A DNA stretch of 64,000 nucleotides from Macrostomum hystrix. Its lineage: Eukaryota; Animalia; Platyhelminthes. Of this stretch, positions 27,309-39,620 are shown one piece after another. A program made the translations under genes and the position numbers. The notes below the pieces were generated by a model. The model had not been told where the DNA came from. It saw nothing but the letters and a program-made list of their open reading frames with translations, and searched no databases. Location: NCBI GenBank assembly GCA_950097015.1, contig CATNEN010000007.1:9610001-9674000 (forward strand), read 5' to 3'. Numbering within the stretch: position 1 is the first letter of the stretch; each line of letters begins with the position of its first letter.

Positions 27309-28335
27309 ACAATGAACCCCCAGTTGACAATGATCCCCCAGTTGACAATGATCCCCCAGTTGACAATGATCCCCCAGTTGATGATGATCCCCAGTTGAAA
27401 ATGATCCCCCAGTTGACAATGATCCCCCAGTTGAGAATGATCCCCCAGTTGACAATGATCCCAAAGTTAACAAAGATCCCCCAGTTCACAATGATCCCCC
27501 AGTTGATGAAGTCTCCCCATTGATGATGATCCCCAGTTAACAATGTTCCTCCAGTTGACAATGTTCCCCCAGTTGACAATGATCCCCCAGTTGATGATGA
27601 TCACCCAGTTGACAATGATCCCCCAGATGACAATGATCCCCCAGTTGACAATGATCCCCCAGTTGACAATGCTCCCCCAGTTGATGATGATCCCCCAGTT
27701 GAAAATGATCCCCCAGTTGACAATGATCCCCCAGTTGAGAATGATCCCCCAGTTGACAATGATCCCCCAGTTAACAAAGATCCCCCAGTTCACAATGATC
27801 CCCCAGTTGATGAAGTCTCCCCATTGATGATGATCCCCAGTTGACAATGTTCCTCCAGTTGACAATGTTCCCCCAGTTGACAATGATCCCCCGGTTGATG
27901 ATGATCACCCAGTTGACAATGATCCCACAGTTGACAATGATCCTCCAGTTGACAATGTTCCCCCAGTTGACAATGATCCCCCGGTTGATTATGATCACCC
28001 AGTTGACAATGATCCCCCAGTTGACAATGATCCCCCAGTTGACAATGATCCCGCCGGTTGGCCATGATCCCCCAGTTGACAATGATCCCGCAGTTGACGA
28101 TGATCCCCCAGTTGACAATGATCACTCAGTTGATGATGATCCCCAGTTGATGATGATTCCCCAATTGACAATTATCCCCTAGTTGACCATTACCCCCCAG
28201 TTGACAATGATCCCCCAGTTCACAATGATCCCCCAGTTGACAAAGATCCCCCAGTTTACCAAGATCCTCCAGTTGACGATTATCCCCCAGTTTACCTTGA
28301 TCCCCATTTTGATGATGACTCCCCGTTTGACGTTG
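27309..28335. repeat. 18-bp tandem array inside Helitron unit 2 (about 1 kb)
   Basis: Unit GTTGACAATGATCCCCCA. It explains the repetitive ORFs at 27291-28383. Confidence 0.98.
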
Positions 28336-28354
28336 ATTTTTCAAACGCTGGGTT

Positions 28355-31300
28355 AGCCAAGATTCAAACTCAGGTTTCGCCATGTTTTAAACCCTGATGG
28401 GCTATGATTCAAACTCTCGTTTTACCATGATTCAAACTCTAATTTAGCCATGATTCAAACTCTGTTTTAGCCATGATTTAAACTCTGGTGTAGCCATGAT
28501 TCAAACTCTGGTTTCGCCTTGATTCAAATTTAGCCATGATTCAGACTCTAGGTTAGCCATGATTCAAACGCTGGTTTAGCCATGATTCAAACTCTGGTTA
28601 AGCCATGATTCAGACTCTGGTTTAGCCATGATTCAAAATCTGGTTTAGTCATGATTAAAACTCTGATTTTGCCAGGATTCAAACGCTGGTTTAGCCATGA
28701 TTCAAACGCTGGTTTAGCCATGATTCAAACGCTGGTTTTGCCATGATTCAAACTCTGGTTTAGCTATGATTCAAGCTCTGGTTTAGCCATGATTCAAGCT
28801 CTGGTTTAGCCATGATTCAAACTCTGGTTAGCTATGATTCAAACTCTTGTTTTGCCATGATTCAAACTCTGGTTTAGCCATGATTCAGACTCTGGTTTTG
28901 CCATGATTCAGACTCTGGTTTAGCCATGATTCAGACTCTGGTTTAGCCATGATTCAAACTCTGGTTTAGCCATGATTCAGACTATGGTTTAGCCATGATT
29001 CAGACTCTGGTTTAGCCATGATTCAGACTCTGGTTTAGCCATGATCCAGACTCTGGTTTAGCTATGATTCAGACTCTGGTGTAGCCATGATTCAGACTCT
29101 GGTGTAGCCATGATTCAGACTCTGGTTTAGCCATGATTCAGACTCTGGTTTAGCCATGATTCAGACTCTGGTTTAGCCATGATTCAAACGCTGGTTTAGC
29201 CATGATTCAGACTCTGGTTTAGTCATGATTCAAACTCTGGTTTAGCCATGATTCAGACTCTAGTTTAGCCATGATTCAAGATCTGGTTTAGCCATGATTC
29301 AAACTCTGGTTTAGCCATGATTCAGACTCTGGTTTAGCCATGATTCAGACTCTGGTTTAGCCATGATTCAGACTCTGGTTTAGCCATGATTCAGACTCTG
29401 GTTTAGCCATGATTTAGACTCTGGTTTAGCCATGATCCAGACTCTGGTTTAGCTATGATTCAGACTCTGGTTTAGCTATGATTCAGACTCTGGTGTAGCC
29501 ATGATTCAGACTCTGGTGTAGCCATGATTCAGACTCTGGTTTAGCCATGATTCAGACTCTGGTTTAGCCATGATTCAAACGCTGGTTTAGCCATGATTCA
29601 GACTCTGGTTTAGCCATGATCCAGACTCTGGTTTAGCTATGATTCAGACTCTGGTGTAGCCATGATTCAGACTCTGGTGTAGCCATGATTCAGACTCTGG
29701 TTTAGCCATGATTCAGACTCTGGTTTAGCCATGATTCAGACTCTGGTTTAGCCATGATTCAAACGCTGGTTTAGCCATGATTCAAACGCTGGTTTAGCCA
29801 TGATTCAGACTCTGGTTTAGCCATGATTCAGACTCTGGTTTAGCCATGATTCAGACTCTGGTTTAGCCATGATTCAGACTCTGGTTTAGCCATGATTCAG
29901 ACTCTGGTTTAGCCATGATTCAGACTCTGGTTTAGCCATGATTTAGACTCTGGTTTAGCCATGATTCAGACTCTGGTTTAGCCATGATTCAGACTCTGGT
30001 TTAGCTATGATTCAGACTCTGGTGTAGCCATGATTCAGACTCTGGTGTAGCCATGATTCAGACTCTGGTTTAGCCATGATTCAGACTCTGGTTTAGCCAT
30101 GATTCAGACTCTGGTTTAGCCATGATTCAAACTCTGGTTTAGCCATGATTCAGACTCTGGTTTAGCCATGATTCAAACGCTGGTTTAGCCATGATTCAGA
30201 CTCTAGTTTAGCCATGATTCAAACTCTGGTTAAGCCATGATTGAAACTCTGGTTTAGCCATTATTCAGACTCTAGGTTAGCCATGATTCAGACTCTGGTT
30301 TAGCCATGATTCAAACTCTTGTTTAGCCATGATTTAGACTCTGGTTTAGCCATGATTCAGACTCTGGTTTAGCCATGATCCAGACTCTGGTTTAGCCATG
30401 ATTCAAACGTTGGCTTAGCCATGATTCAGACTCTGGTTTAGCCATGATCCAGACTCTGGTTTAGCTATGATTCAGACTCTGGTGTAGCCATGATTCAGAC
30501 TCTGGTGTAGCCATGATTCAGACTCTGGTTTAGCCATGATCCAGACTCTGGTTTAGCTATGATTCAGACTCTGGTGTAGCCATGATTCAGACTCTGGTGT
30601 AGCCATGATTCAGACTCTGGTTTAGCCATGATTCAGACTCTGGTTTAGCCATGATTCAAACGCTGGTTTAGCCATGATTCAGACTCTGGTTTAGCCATGA
30701 TCCAGACTCTGGTTTAGCTATGATTCAGACTCTGGTGTAGCCATGATTCAGACTCTGGTGTAGCCATGATTCAGACTCTGGTTTAGCCATGATTCAGACT
30801 CTGGTTTAGCCATGATTCAGACTCTGGTTTAGCCATGATTCAAACGCTGGTTTAGCCATGATTCAAACGCTGGTTTAGCCATGATTCAGACTCTGGTTTA
30901 GCCATGATTCAGACTCTGGTTTAGCCATGATTCAGACTCTGGTTTAGCCATGATTCAGACTCTGGTTTAGCCATGATTCAGACTCTGGTTTAGCCATGAT
31001 TCAGACTCTGGTTTAGCCATGATTTAGACTCTGGTTTAGCCATGATTCAGACTCTGGTTTAGCCATGATTCAGACTCTGGTTTAGCTATGATTCAGACTC
31101 TGGTGTAGCCATGATTCAGACTCTGGTGTAGCCATGATTCAGACTCTGGTTTAGCCATGATTCAGACTCTGGTTTAGCCATGATTCAGACTCTGGTTTAG
31201 CCATGATTCAAACTCTGGTTTAGCCATGATTCAGACTCTGGTTTAGCCATGATTCAGACGCTGGTTTAGCCATGATTCAGACTCTAGTTTAGCCATGATT

Positions 31301-32255
31301 CAAACTCTGGTTAAGCCATGATTGAAACTCTGGTTTAGCCATTATTCAGACTCTAGGTTAGCAATGATTCAGACTCTGGTTTAGCCATGATCCAGACTCT
31401 GGTTTAGCCATGATTCAAACGTTGGCTTAGCCATGATTCAGACTCTGGTTTAGCCATGATTCAGACTCTGGTTTAGCCATGATTTAGACTCTGGTTTAGC
31501 TATGATTCAGACTCTGGTGTAGCCATGATTCAGACTCTGGTGTAGCCATGATTCAGACTCTGGTTTAGCCATGATTCAGACTCTGGTTTAGCCATGATTC
31601 AGACTCTGGTTTAGCCATGATTCAAACTCTGGTTTAGCCATGATTCAGACTCTGGTTTAGCCATGATTCAGACGCTGGTTTAGCCATGATTCAGACTCTA
31701 GTTTAGCCATGATTCAAACTCTGGTTAAGCCATGATTGAAACTCTGGTTTAGCCATTATTCAGACTCTAGGTTAGCCATGATTCAGACTCTGGTTTAGCC
31801 ATGATCCAGACTCTGGTTTAGCCATGATTCAAACGTTGGCTTAGCCATGATTCAGACTCTGGTTTAGCCATGATTCAGACTCTGGTTTAGCCATGATTTA
31901 GACTCTGGTTTAGCTATGATTCAGACTCTGGTGTAGCCATGATTCAGACTCTGGTGTAGCCATGATTCAGACTCTGGTTTAGCCATGATTCAGACTCTGG
32001 TTTAGCCATGATTCAAACTCTGGTTTAGCCATGATTCAGACTCTGGTTTAGCCATGATTCAGACTCTGGTTTAGCCATGATTCAGACTCTGGTTTAGCCA
32101 TGATTCAGACTCTGGTTTAGCCATGATTCAGACTCTGGTTTAGCCATGATTTAGACTCTGGTTTAGCCATGATTCAAACTCTGGTTTAGCCATGATTCAG
32201 ACTCTGGTTTAGCCATGATTCAAACTCTATTTTTGCATTATTCAAACTCAGATTT
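28355..32255. repeat. 23-bp satellite array inside Helitron unit 2 (about 3.9 kb)
   Basis: Unit GCCATGATTCAGACTCTGGTTTA, degenerate at both edges. Confidence 0.99.
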
Positions 32256-32845
32256 GCAATGATGTATGATATTTTATTTACGAAATGAAAAAAATAAATT
32301 AAAATAATCTTCAATCACTACTGGCTAAAAATTAGTTTAAATGATTTGACGCAGTGCAGAATCGAACCCTAGCCTAGACTTACTTATTCCTAGTGCCTAC
32401 ACATCGGCTATTCCGACTGTTTGTTAGTGGGTGCGGAATTCCGCCTTATAAAATGAATTCTCAAAGTTCTGGCTTTGTACAATGAAGTAAGAAAATAGAG
32501 TACACTCAGTTGTGTACATTTATTTCCAATTTGTCTCCAGAGTGCAGGCTTCAAATTCAATCAGCTAGGGGTTGTTGCGCAATTTGACGATGCAATTCTA
32601 ATTCAGTGGCAGTGAGTTAAAATTCTCAATAGGCCAAGATGGTTTGACCTTTGACAAAATCATGTTTTTCGAATATTTAATCCCCTTAGCAATGGAGTTA
32701 AGCTTAATAAAAATACGTGTAAAATTCTGCCCATATTTCGCATATTTTGGTGAAGAAATGGTGAAAATCGGTTGAGCCGTTCGGGAGAAAATCAATTACA
32801 ACCAAGTAAGTAAACAAGTAAACAGTTCATTTTTAGTATATTAGA

Positions 32846-33186
32846 CTAGCTGCCTTCGCTACCCTCTGGGTAGCCTCCCTGTGAGTTCTTATCAGTACGC
32901 GCGTGCGTTATCAAAACTGGCTCTGATGCAATCATTAAATTTGGCACTGGAGGCCTCACTGTGCACAAGCTGAAAACAAGAATGCATTAGAAAAGCCTAT
33001 TTAAAACAGTTTTTCGAATATTTAATCCCCTTGGCAATGGAATTAAGCTTAATAAAAATACGTGTACCGATTCGGGACCAATTGTGATCTTTTAGCGAAG
33101 GAATTGCGAAAATCGGTTGAGCCGTTCGGGAGCTAGTCGATTGCAAACAAGCAAGCAAGCAAGATTTTCATTTTTAGTATATTAGA
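32846..33186 (-). mobile_element. Short non-autonomous Helitron, family B, unit 3 (341 bp)
   Basis: 5'-TCTAATATACTAAAAATG at 33186. Perfect 7-bp-stem hairpin GCTACCC-AGA-GGGTAGC (32874-32858) lies 8 nt before the terminal CTAG. Confidence 0.85.
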
Positions 33187-33529
33187 CTAGCTGCCTTCGC
33201 TACCCTCTGGGTAGCCTCCATTGAGTTCTTATCAGTTCGTTATCAAAACTGGCTCTGATGCAATCATAAAAATTGGCACTGGAGCCTCACTGTGCACAAG
33301 CTGAAAACAAGAATGCATTAGAAAAGCCTATTTAAAACAGTTTTTCGAATATTTAATCCCCTTGGCAATGGAATTAAGCTTAATAAAAATACGTGTACCG
33401 ATTCCGGCCCATTTGTGATCTTTTGGCGAAGGAATTGTGAAAATCGGTTGAGCCGTTCGGGAGCTAGTCGATTGCAAACATACAAACATACAAACATACA
33501 AACAAGATTTTCATTTTTAGTATATTAGA
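33187..33529 (-). mobile_element. Short non-autonomous Helitron, family B, unit 4 (343 bp)
   Basis: Near-identical direct repeat of 32846-33186 with the same termini. Its 5' TC is preceded by A on the minus strand. Confidence 0.85.
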
Positions 33530-33632
33530 TTGGTGAAGAAATGGTGAAAATCGGTTGAGCCGTTCGGGAGAAAATCAATTACAACCAACCAACCAACCAA
33601 GCAAGCAAGCATTTCATTTTTAGTATAGTGGA
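33530..33632 (-). mobile_element. 5'-terminal fragment (103 bp) of a family A Helitron
   Basis: Matches about 27130-27215, including the TCCACTATACTAAAAATG start and the (CAAC)n tract. Confidence 0.8.
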
Positions 33633-36112
33633 CTGTCTAGATATGAGCTAAGATCAAAGTATCAAACGACAGCTTCCATAGTTCAACCAGATGTCTCCGC
33701 ATGTCCGGGTATTGCAACCTAGTAAAACAAAAGTTAACATAAATAATATATACAACTTCATGCGTTAAAGTAAATTTTATCCTCATCAAAATAAAAACAC
33801 TTGAATCTTAATGAATATATTAATTCTATTGAATATATAATCATTGTTTAAGTTCTATTTCCTCAGAAATCTGAAATGAACTAAGTTCAATATCAGTCCA
33901 ATGATATGTAATTGATCAATATAGATTCACAGTCCTTAGTTAGACCGCTTTTTGTGAAAAGAAAATACAATCGATAGCGCAAGGTAATTTTGAGATGCGC
34001 CTAAATTTCGAGCTGTGTTCGTGCCCTCTAGACTGCAGGAGAGCAATATTTTATAATTTTATCTTGACAACATATTATACTTCTGTTTGTTTCTTTATCC
34101 TACATAAATTCATCCAATAATATTTTGTTTTGGTTAGCGAGATAAGCTATCCCAGTAAGAAATAAAGAAAACTTTTAAAAAAGTTTATTTGCAGAGTCTT
34201 TCTTGACCTCAACCTCAGTATGTTTTATGGTTACATCAATTAGGGCCTATACTAAAAGTGAGAACCTATAGAAAACTGTAAATAAAATATAAATTTAACT
34301 TTATGTAGCTCTATATCATAATATAGATAAAGTTTTTCTAAATCTATGCATAAAAACATACAAGCTTCTTGAACTTTAATCCTTTAAAATACTTTTGGTA
34401 TTACAATAGACTTCAAGCTTCACCCACTGTCTTCTAGTAGGTCTATGACTGGAAGACAGCTGATTATCAAGTGAAAGACAAAATTTGCTTAGTTTTTTTT
34501 CACATTATAGTAGTTTCTATTCATAATGTTATTGTGGTTATGGATATGGAACTTCTAAGACAAAAGTTACACTTACAGATGTAGATATAGGCCCCTAGCT
34601 ATTGGAAATTCTGTTTCCTATATTTAGTTTCCATGTCTTGAGTTCTCAAATAGTTTGCAGTGAGTAAAACAAACTGCAGAGACAATGGAGACAACAAGAA
34701 TATATAGAAATAAGTAAATGGTATTACCTCTATGGATTTATTTATTTGGCCAATAGAGTGACCAAGGTTGCATTTATTGGCCAAGGCGAAGCTGAGCAGC
34801 CCGAGGTCACTCTTGAGGCCCAAATTAAATGAATTCATAGGGGTAATAGTCATAGTCTGGTAAAAAACTGGCCAGGCCAGATAAATGAATCTTGCTTTCC
34901 TATTGCCCTATTGGCAGAGCCATTTATTTGGCCTGGCCTAAGTGGGGGATAAATGGATAAATAAATTGAAAAATTCTATAGGCCTATAAACTCTAGCCCC
35001 TGAAGCATTCAAGGCTACATGCTTGTTTATAAAGATATGTGAATAGTTTTGACAAGATGTTGAGAGCCTAATAAGGCTCTCTTTGTCATAAAGACATGAA
35101 AGTATCAAGACATGATGGTATGAAGACACTTCAGACTGCCTACAATGGGAACTCTTAGCTCCTTGGTGTTTGAGACTCAAGCCCCTCAGAAATGTCAATA
35201 CCGATTTCAAATTTCAGATTTCAAATTTTCAGTCTGTTGACTGTCGGTGGTGTAAAGATAAGTAGGATGTCATAGGATTAATAACACTTCTTTAGACTAG
35301 GCTACCTACTTTGGGTTTCACCCCAAACTTGTTGAGTCCTAGGAAAGGCTTGAATTCTCATTGGCTACAGTTTTCCTGGCTTTGCAGTTCCAGTGCCCCA
35401 TTGGTCCTTTGGCTTCCAATTTCTATATATTTTGTCATATCAAAAGATCATCTAGGGGTTGTTGATAATGAAAGCTTTATAAAGTGTATATCTTGGTGAG
35501 TTATGTATTAAGACTATAACCCAAATGACAATTCAATAATACTTTTCTAGCTTAAGTGTTTGTCCTAGCTATTAGCAACTATCTTAGTATTTATATCACT
35601 ATGGATTGTATATTACAAAAGGCCTTCTATTGACATTTACCTACTTGTCCCTAGCTATATTTACTTATTCTACTTTACATGCCTTTGCCACATTACTCAG
35701 TAGAATTTTGGTTATATACTACCATTACTCACTGCCATTATTCAGTTTTGGACTAGGCCTCAGTCTCAATTTTGGATTACACCTTTCTGTAGGTAATTTG
35801 ATTCCAGTTTTTGTGTCTCAACCTGTATTGCAAATTAATTTTTTTCTTTATATTGCATTGTCTTTAGCTAAAAAGTTCTCAGGAGCCCAAATGCAAAAAG
35901 TATTGTACACTCATTTCCATTGTTTTAAACAGTCAGGGGATTTCAGAGCCAGGTATCATCCAGTATTTTGGTCAATCTAAACGGATTGTTTACTGTTTTG
36001 ATGAGCATTAGCTACTTTAATAGTGTACGAGTATTGACAATGTCACTGTCACTATTTGTCAAGCTAAAAAGTCCATAAACTCCTCATTATTCCCCAGAGT
36101 TGGCAGTCCACA

Positions 36113-39100
36113 ATGTCGGACCTACCTGATACCTTCGACTACGTGGTGTGGGGCGCCGGCCTCACCGAGTGCATCCTGTCAGCTGCGCTAACCAGGGCCG
36201 GGCACACCGTGCTGCACCTTGACAGCTGGCAGCAGTACGGCGGCTCCTGGCAGTCCCTGACTCTGCGCGACCTCGAAGCCCAGCTGGCCGAGGTGGCGCC
36301 CGGCGCCCGCCTGGCCTGGGCGCTTCCGGCCGAGGCCGAGGGCTGGCTGGCCAGATCGCGCCACTTCTGCCTGGACCTCAGCCCGCGCCTCTGCTTCTGC
36401 CGCGGCGAGACCGTGTCCTCCCTGCTGCAGTCGGATGTGTCCCGCTACCTAGAATTCCTGCCGGTGTCCGGCCTGTACACGGTGGACGAGTCTGGCGAGC
36501 TGGAGCGGGCGCCTGTGCAACGCGGACAGTTGTTCCGCAGCGACAGGTGCATTGGCAATAGGATAGGGATGTGTTTCCAATCGTGGGTTACCTGGGACAT
36601 TACACCTGCTTTTTGGGATTTGACACCGCCTCTTGCAACATTTGGGATTTGACACCGCCTCTTGCAACATTTGGGATTTGACACCGCCTCTTGCAACATT
36701 TGGGATTTGACACCGCCTCTTGCAACATTTGGGATTTGACACCGCCTCTTGCAACATTTGGGATTTGAAACTGCCTCCTGCAACATTTGGGATTTGACAC
36801 CGCCTCTTGCAACATTTGGGATTTGACACCGCCTCTTGCAACATTTGGGATTTGACACCGCCTCTTGCAACATTTGGGATTTGACACCGCCTCTTGCAAC
36901 ATTTGGGATTTGACACCGCCTCTTGCAACATTTGGGATTTGACACCGCCTCTTGCAACATTTGGGATTTGACACCGCCTCTTGCAACATTTGGGATTTAA
37001 CACCGCCTCTTGCAACATTTGGGATTTGAAACTGCCTCTTGTAACATTTGGGATTTGAAACTGCCTCTTGCAACATTTGGGATTTGACACCGCCTCTTGC
37101 AACATTTGGGATTTGAAACTGCCTCCTGCAACATTTGGGATTTGACACCGCCTCTTGCAACATTTGGGATTTGACACCGCCTCTTGCAACATTTGGGATT
37201 TGACACCGCCTCTTGCAACATTTGGGATTTGAAACTGTATCTTGCAACATTTGGGATTTGAAACTGCCTCCTGCAGCGTTTGGGATTTGACACCGCCTTT
37301 TGCAACATTTGGGATTTGAAACTGCCTCCTGAAGCGTTTGGGATTTGGCATCGCTAATTTCATCCTACGCTTTGGAATTTTACACAGTCACAGGGATCTT
37401 GATTTTAAAATTATTTGTCACGTCTGAGATGACATTTCCGGGATTAAAGAAATTCGGTTTTAGGGTTAATTTAGAATTGTGTTTCTCTGCATTTCCAACG
37501 GATAATGCCGACTCTGTAAATACCTGCCAGGTTCTCGCTAGTGGAGAAGCTGCACTGCGGTCGCTTCGCCGAGTTCTGCGTCTCCTGCCAGCCCGAGCGG
37601 GACCTCGCCGACGCTGGCACCTTCCCGGAGCTGCTGGCCCGCCACGGCCTCCGCTCCGGCCCGGCGCTGCGTCTGTTCGCCCTCGCCGTCGGCATGTCGC
37701 CGCCGGACTCTCAGGCCGAGTCTGTCGTGACGAACATTCGCCGCTTCCTCACCTCCTGTGGCGCCTACGGACCGTCGCCGCTGCTGGTACCGAAATACGG
37801 CGCCTCCGAGATCTGCCAGGCCTTCAGCCGGCACGCGGCCGTCTGGGGCGCCGTTTTCCATCTGGGCGCCGATCCGGGCAGGCCGCCCGCCGAGGCCCGA
37901 CGGCGGCTCATCGTCAGCGACCGGTTCGCCCGGCCCAGCTGGCTTGACCTCGGCCGGCGGCGTCGCCTCCTCAGGCAGATCCTCGTCACCGACGGGTTCG
38001 TGGGCGAGTCTGTAATTGGGGGACGCCGATTTGTGTGTCCTGAGTTCGAATCCTCCAGGCAGACCTCTTTGCTCGTGTCTGGAACCGATGAAGTAAGCAG
38101 TGGTTTCGCATACTCAGGGGAACAGAACCAATCTCCTTGCCTTCCGCAGACCCTGGGCGCCGAAATCCGAAGATCAGCAGGATGCTGACGAAGTCCGCCT
38201 GGCTGTGTGCATGCTGCCCGGCTTCTCCCGGCCGCTTCTGGCCATCGAACTGCCGCCCGAGACCGGCTGCTGCCCACCCGGCACCCGTCTGGTCCACCTG
38301 CTGCAGCCTTGCGAGCCGGGCGAGGAGCCACCAACCGACTGCGTGCAGTGCGCGCTGGCCCCCTTCACCAGCCTGCGCTTCGACCGTCTGCCCGCATGCT
38401 GTCATACTGTGGACTCGGCTGGTCAGCCGCCAGCAGATCAATTGGCAGATTCGGACGGTAAAACAATAGAATCGGGGACCGATCCGGCAGATTCGGTGGC
38501 TCATTCGGCAGATTCGGCGGCTCAGCCTGCAGATTCGGCGTCTCAGCCTGCAGATTCGGCGTCTCAGCCTGCAGATTCGGCGTCTCAGCCTGCAGATTCG
38601 GCGGCTCAGCCGGAAGATTCAGCGGCTGAACCGGCAGATTCGGCGGCTCAGCCTGCAGATTCGGCGTCTCAGCCTGCAGATTCGGCGGCTCAGCCGGAAG
38701 ATTCAGTGGATGAACCGGCAGATTCGGCGGCTCAGCCGGAAGATTCAGCGGATGAACCGGCAGATTCGGCGGCTCAACCTGCTGGCGATGACCAGCCGTT
38801 CCGTCAGCCGCGCTGCATCCTGTCAGTCTGCTTCGCCCAGGACGATCTCAGCGACTGCCTGAACGCCGGCTCGGTGCCGGACAATGTGACGGTTGTGCCG
38901 AGCCTCTACTCCGACTTCGACTTTGACGTAGCCTTCCTGCGCGCCAAGGAGCTGTTCGCGGAGCTTTGCCCCGGCCAGGAGTTCCTGCCGCGCCCGCCAG
39001 ACCAGGAGGATCTGGTGTTCGACCAGCCGGCCGCGGAGGCACCCCTGGTGAACGGCGATTGTGGCGAAGGCGCGGCGGAGGTACATCCACCGGTGGCACA

Positions 39101-39194
39101 GGCCGCCGAACTGGGCGAAGCCGCGCCTCGCCCTGCGGCAAACGGCGACTCCGAGGTGAATGAGAGCCGAGAGCCGCGAGAGACTGCGGAGTGA
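36113..39194 (+). CDS. REP/CHM: Rab escort protein (Rab geranylgeranyltransferase component A, GDI/REP family); exons 36113-36546, 37531-37995, 38150-39194
   Basis: N-terminal LPDTFDYVVWGAGLTECILSAALTRAGHTVLHLD...YGGSW; SRHFCLDLSPRL; LLQSDVSRYLEF; YGPSPLLVPKYGASEICQAFSR.AAVWGA; REP-type C-terminus AKELFAELCPGQEFLPRPPDQEDLV. Two phase-2 GT-AG introns keep the frame. Confidence 0.93.
36612..37348. repeat. 29-bp minisatellite in REP intron 1 (about 25 copies)
   Basis: Unit TTTGGGATTTGACACCGCCTCTTGCAACA. Confidence 0.98.
38484..38782 (+). repeat. 21-bp in-frame tandem repeat in REP exon 3 encoding (ADSAAQP)n
   Basis: Unit GCAGATTCGGCGGCTCAGCC(T/G), about 14 copies, with the frame open throughout. 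Confidence 0.93.
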
Positions 39195-39469
39195 CTGCGG
39201 ATACTAGAACTTGAGCCGCTGAACATGGCTGCCTCGGCCACTTTACTGTCCAGTGCAAGGACTTGGCTGGCATAATTACAAACCCATGCGCTATTCAGAT
39301 TGTAGATTATGGTGATTTTTGGCAATGTGTTCCTAATTCTCTAACGAGTGCTTATTTGCTATTTCTTATTTTAACAAGGCAGGCATCATATGAAGTTTTG
39401 CTGCAGCTGCAACTTTCATGTTTTTACTTTTAAAGTGAGCGTAATGAAGAGTAGCAACAGTTTCTTTGG

Positions 39470-39620
39470 ACTGGGGGTTAAACCTCAGCTGGGTGAACTG
39501 AACCAATAGAAAATTAATGCGCCCTCCTCCCAATGGAAGGTCATTAAATTGTGACCCTTGGTCTGTGATTCGAATTTCAAATCTCTTAGTAAAAATCGAA
39601 GATCTCAGCACTAAGCTACA
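39470..39620 (-). mobile_element. tRNA-derived SINE, family 2 (degenerate copy)
   Basis: Minus strand has A-box-like TAGCTTAGTGC, B-box-like AAATTCGAATC and the TTCAGTTCACCCAGCTG shared with the 14403-14530 copy. Confidence 0.55.

Larger units (their letters stand above)
27216..32845 (-). mobile_element. Non-autonomous Helitron, family A, unit 2 (5.6 kb, satellite-filled)
   Basis: Same 3' hairpin + CTAG (27219-27216) directly abutting the TC of unit 1. 5' end TCTAATATACTAAAAATG at 32845. The unique region 32260-32845 is homologous to 26630-27215. Confidence 0.85.

Noticed and set aside
27291-28383. WGIIVN and STGGSL repeat proteins
   Set aside because: Products of the 18-bp array, with frequent frameshifts.
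19498-32255. CRISPR-like array
   Set aside because: Units are contiguous with no unique spacers, there are no cas genes, and the context is eukaryotic.
19182-33632. Autonomous transposon, LTR element or TIR element
   Set aside because: No transposase, Rep-helicase or reverse transcriptase ORF, and no terminal inverted repeats or target-site duplication. The termini fit non-autonomous Helitrons.
36445-37363. Long Cys/Lys-rich minus-strand ORFs (up to 304 aa)
   Set aside because: Translations of the 29-bp intronic repeat cycling through frames.
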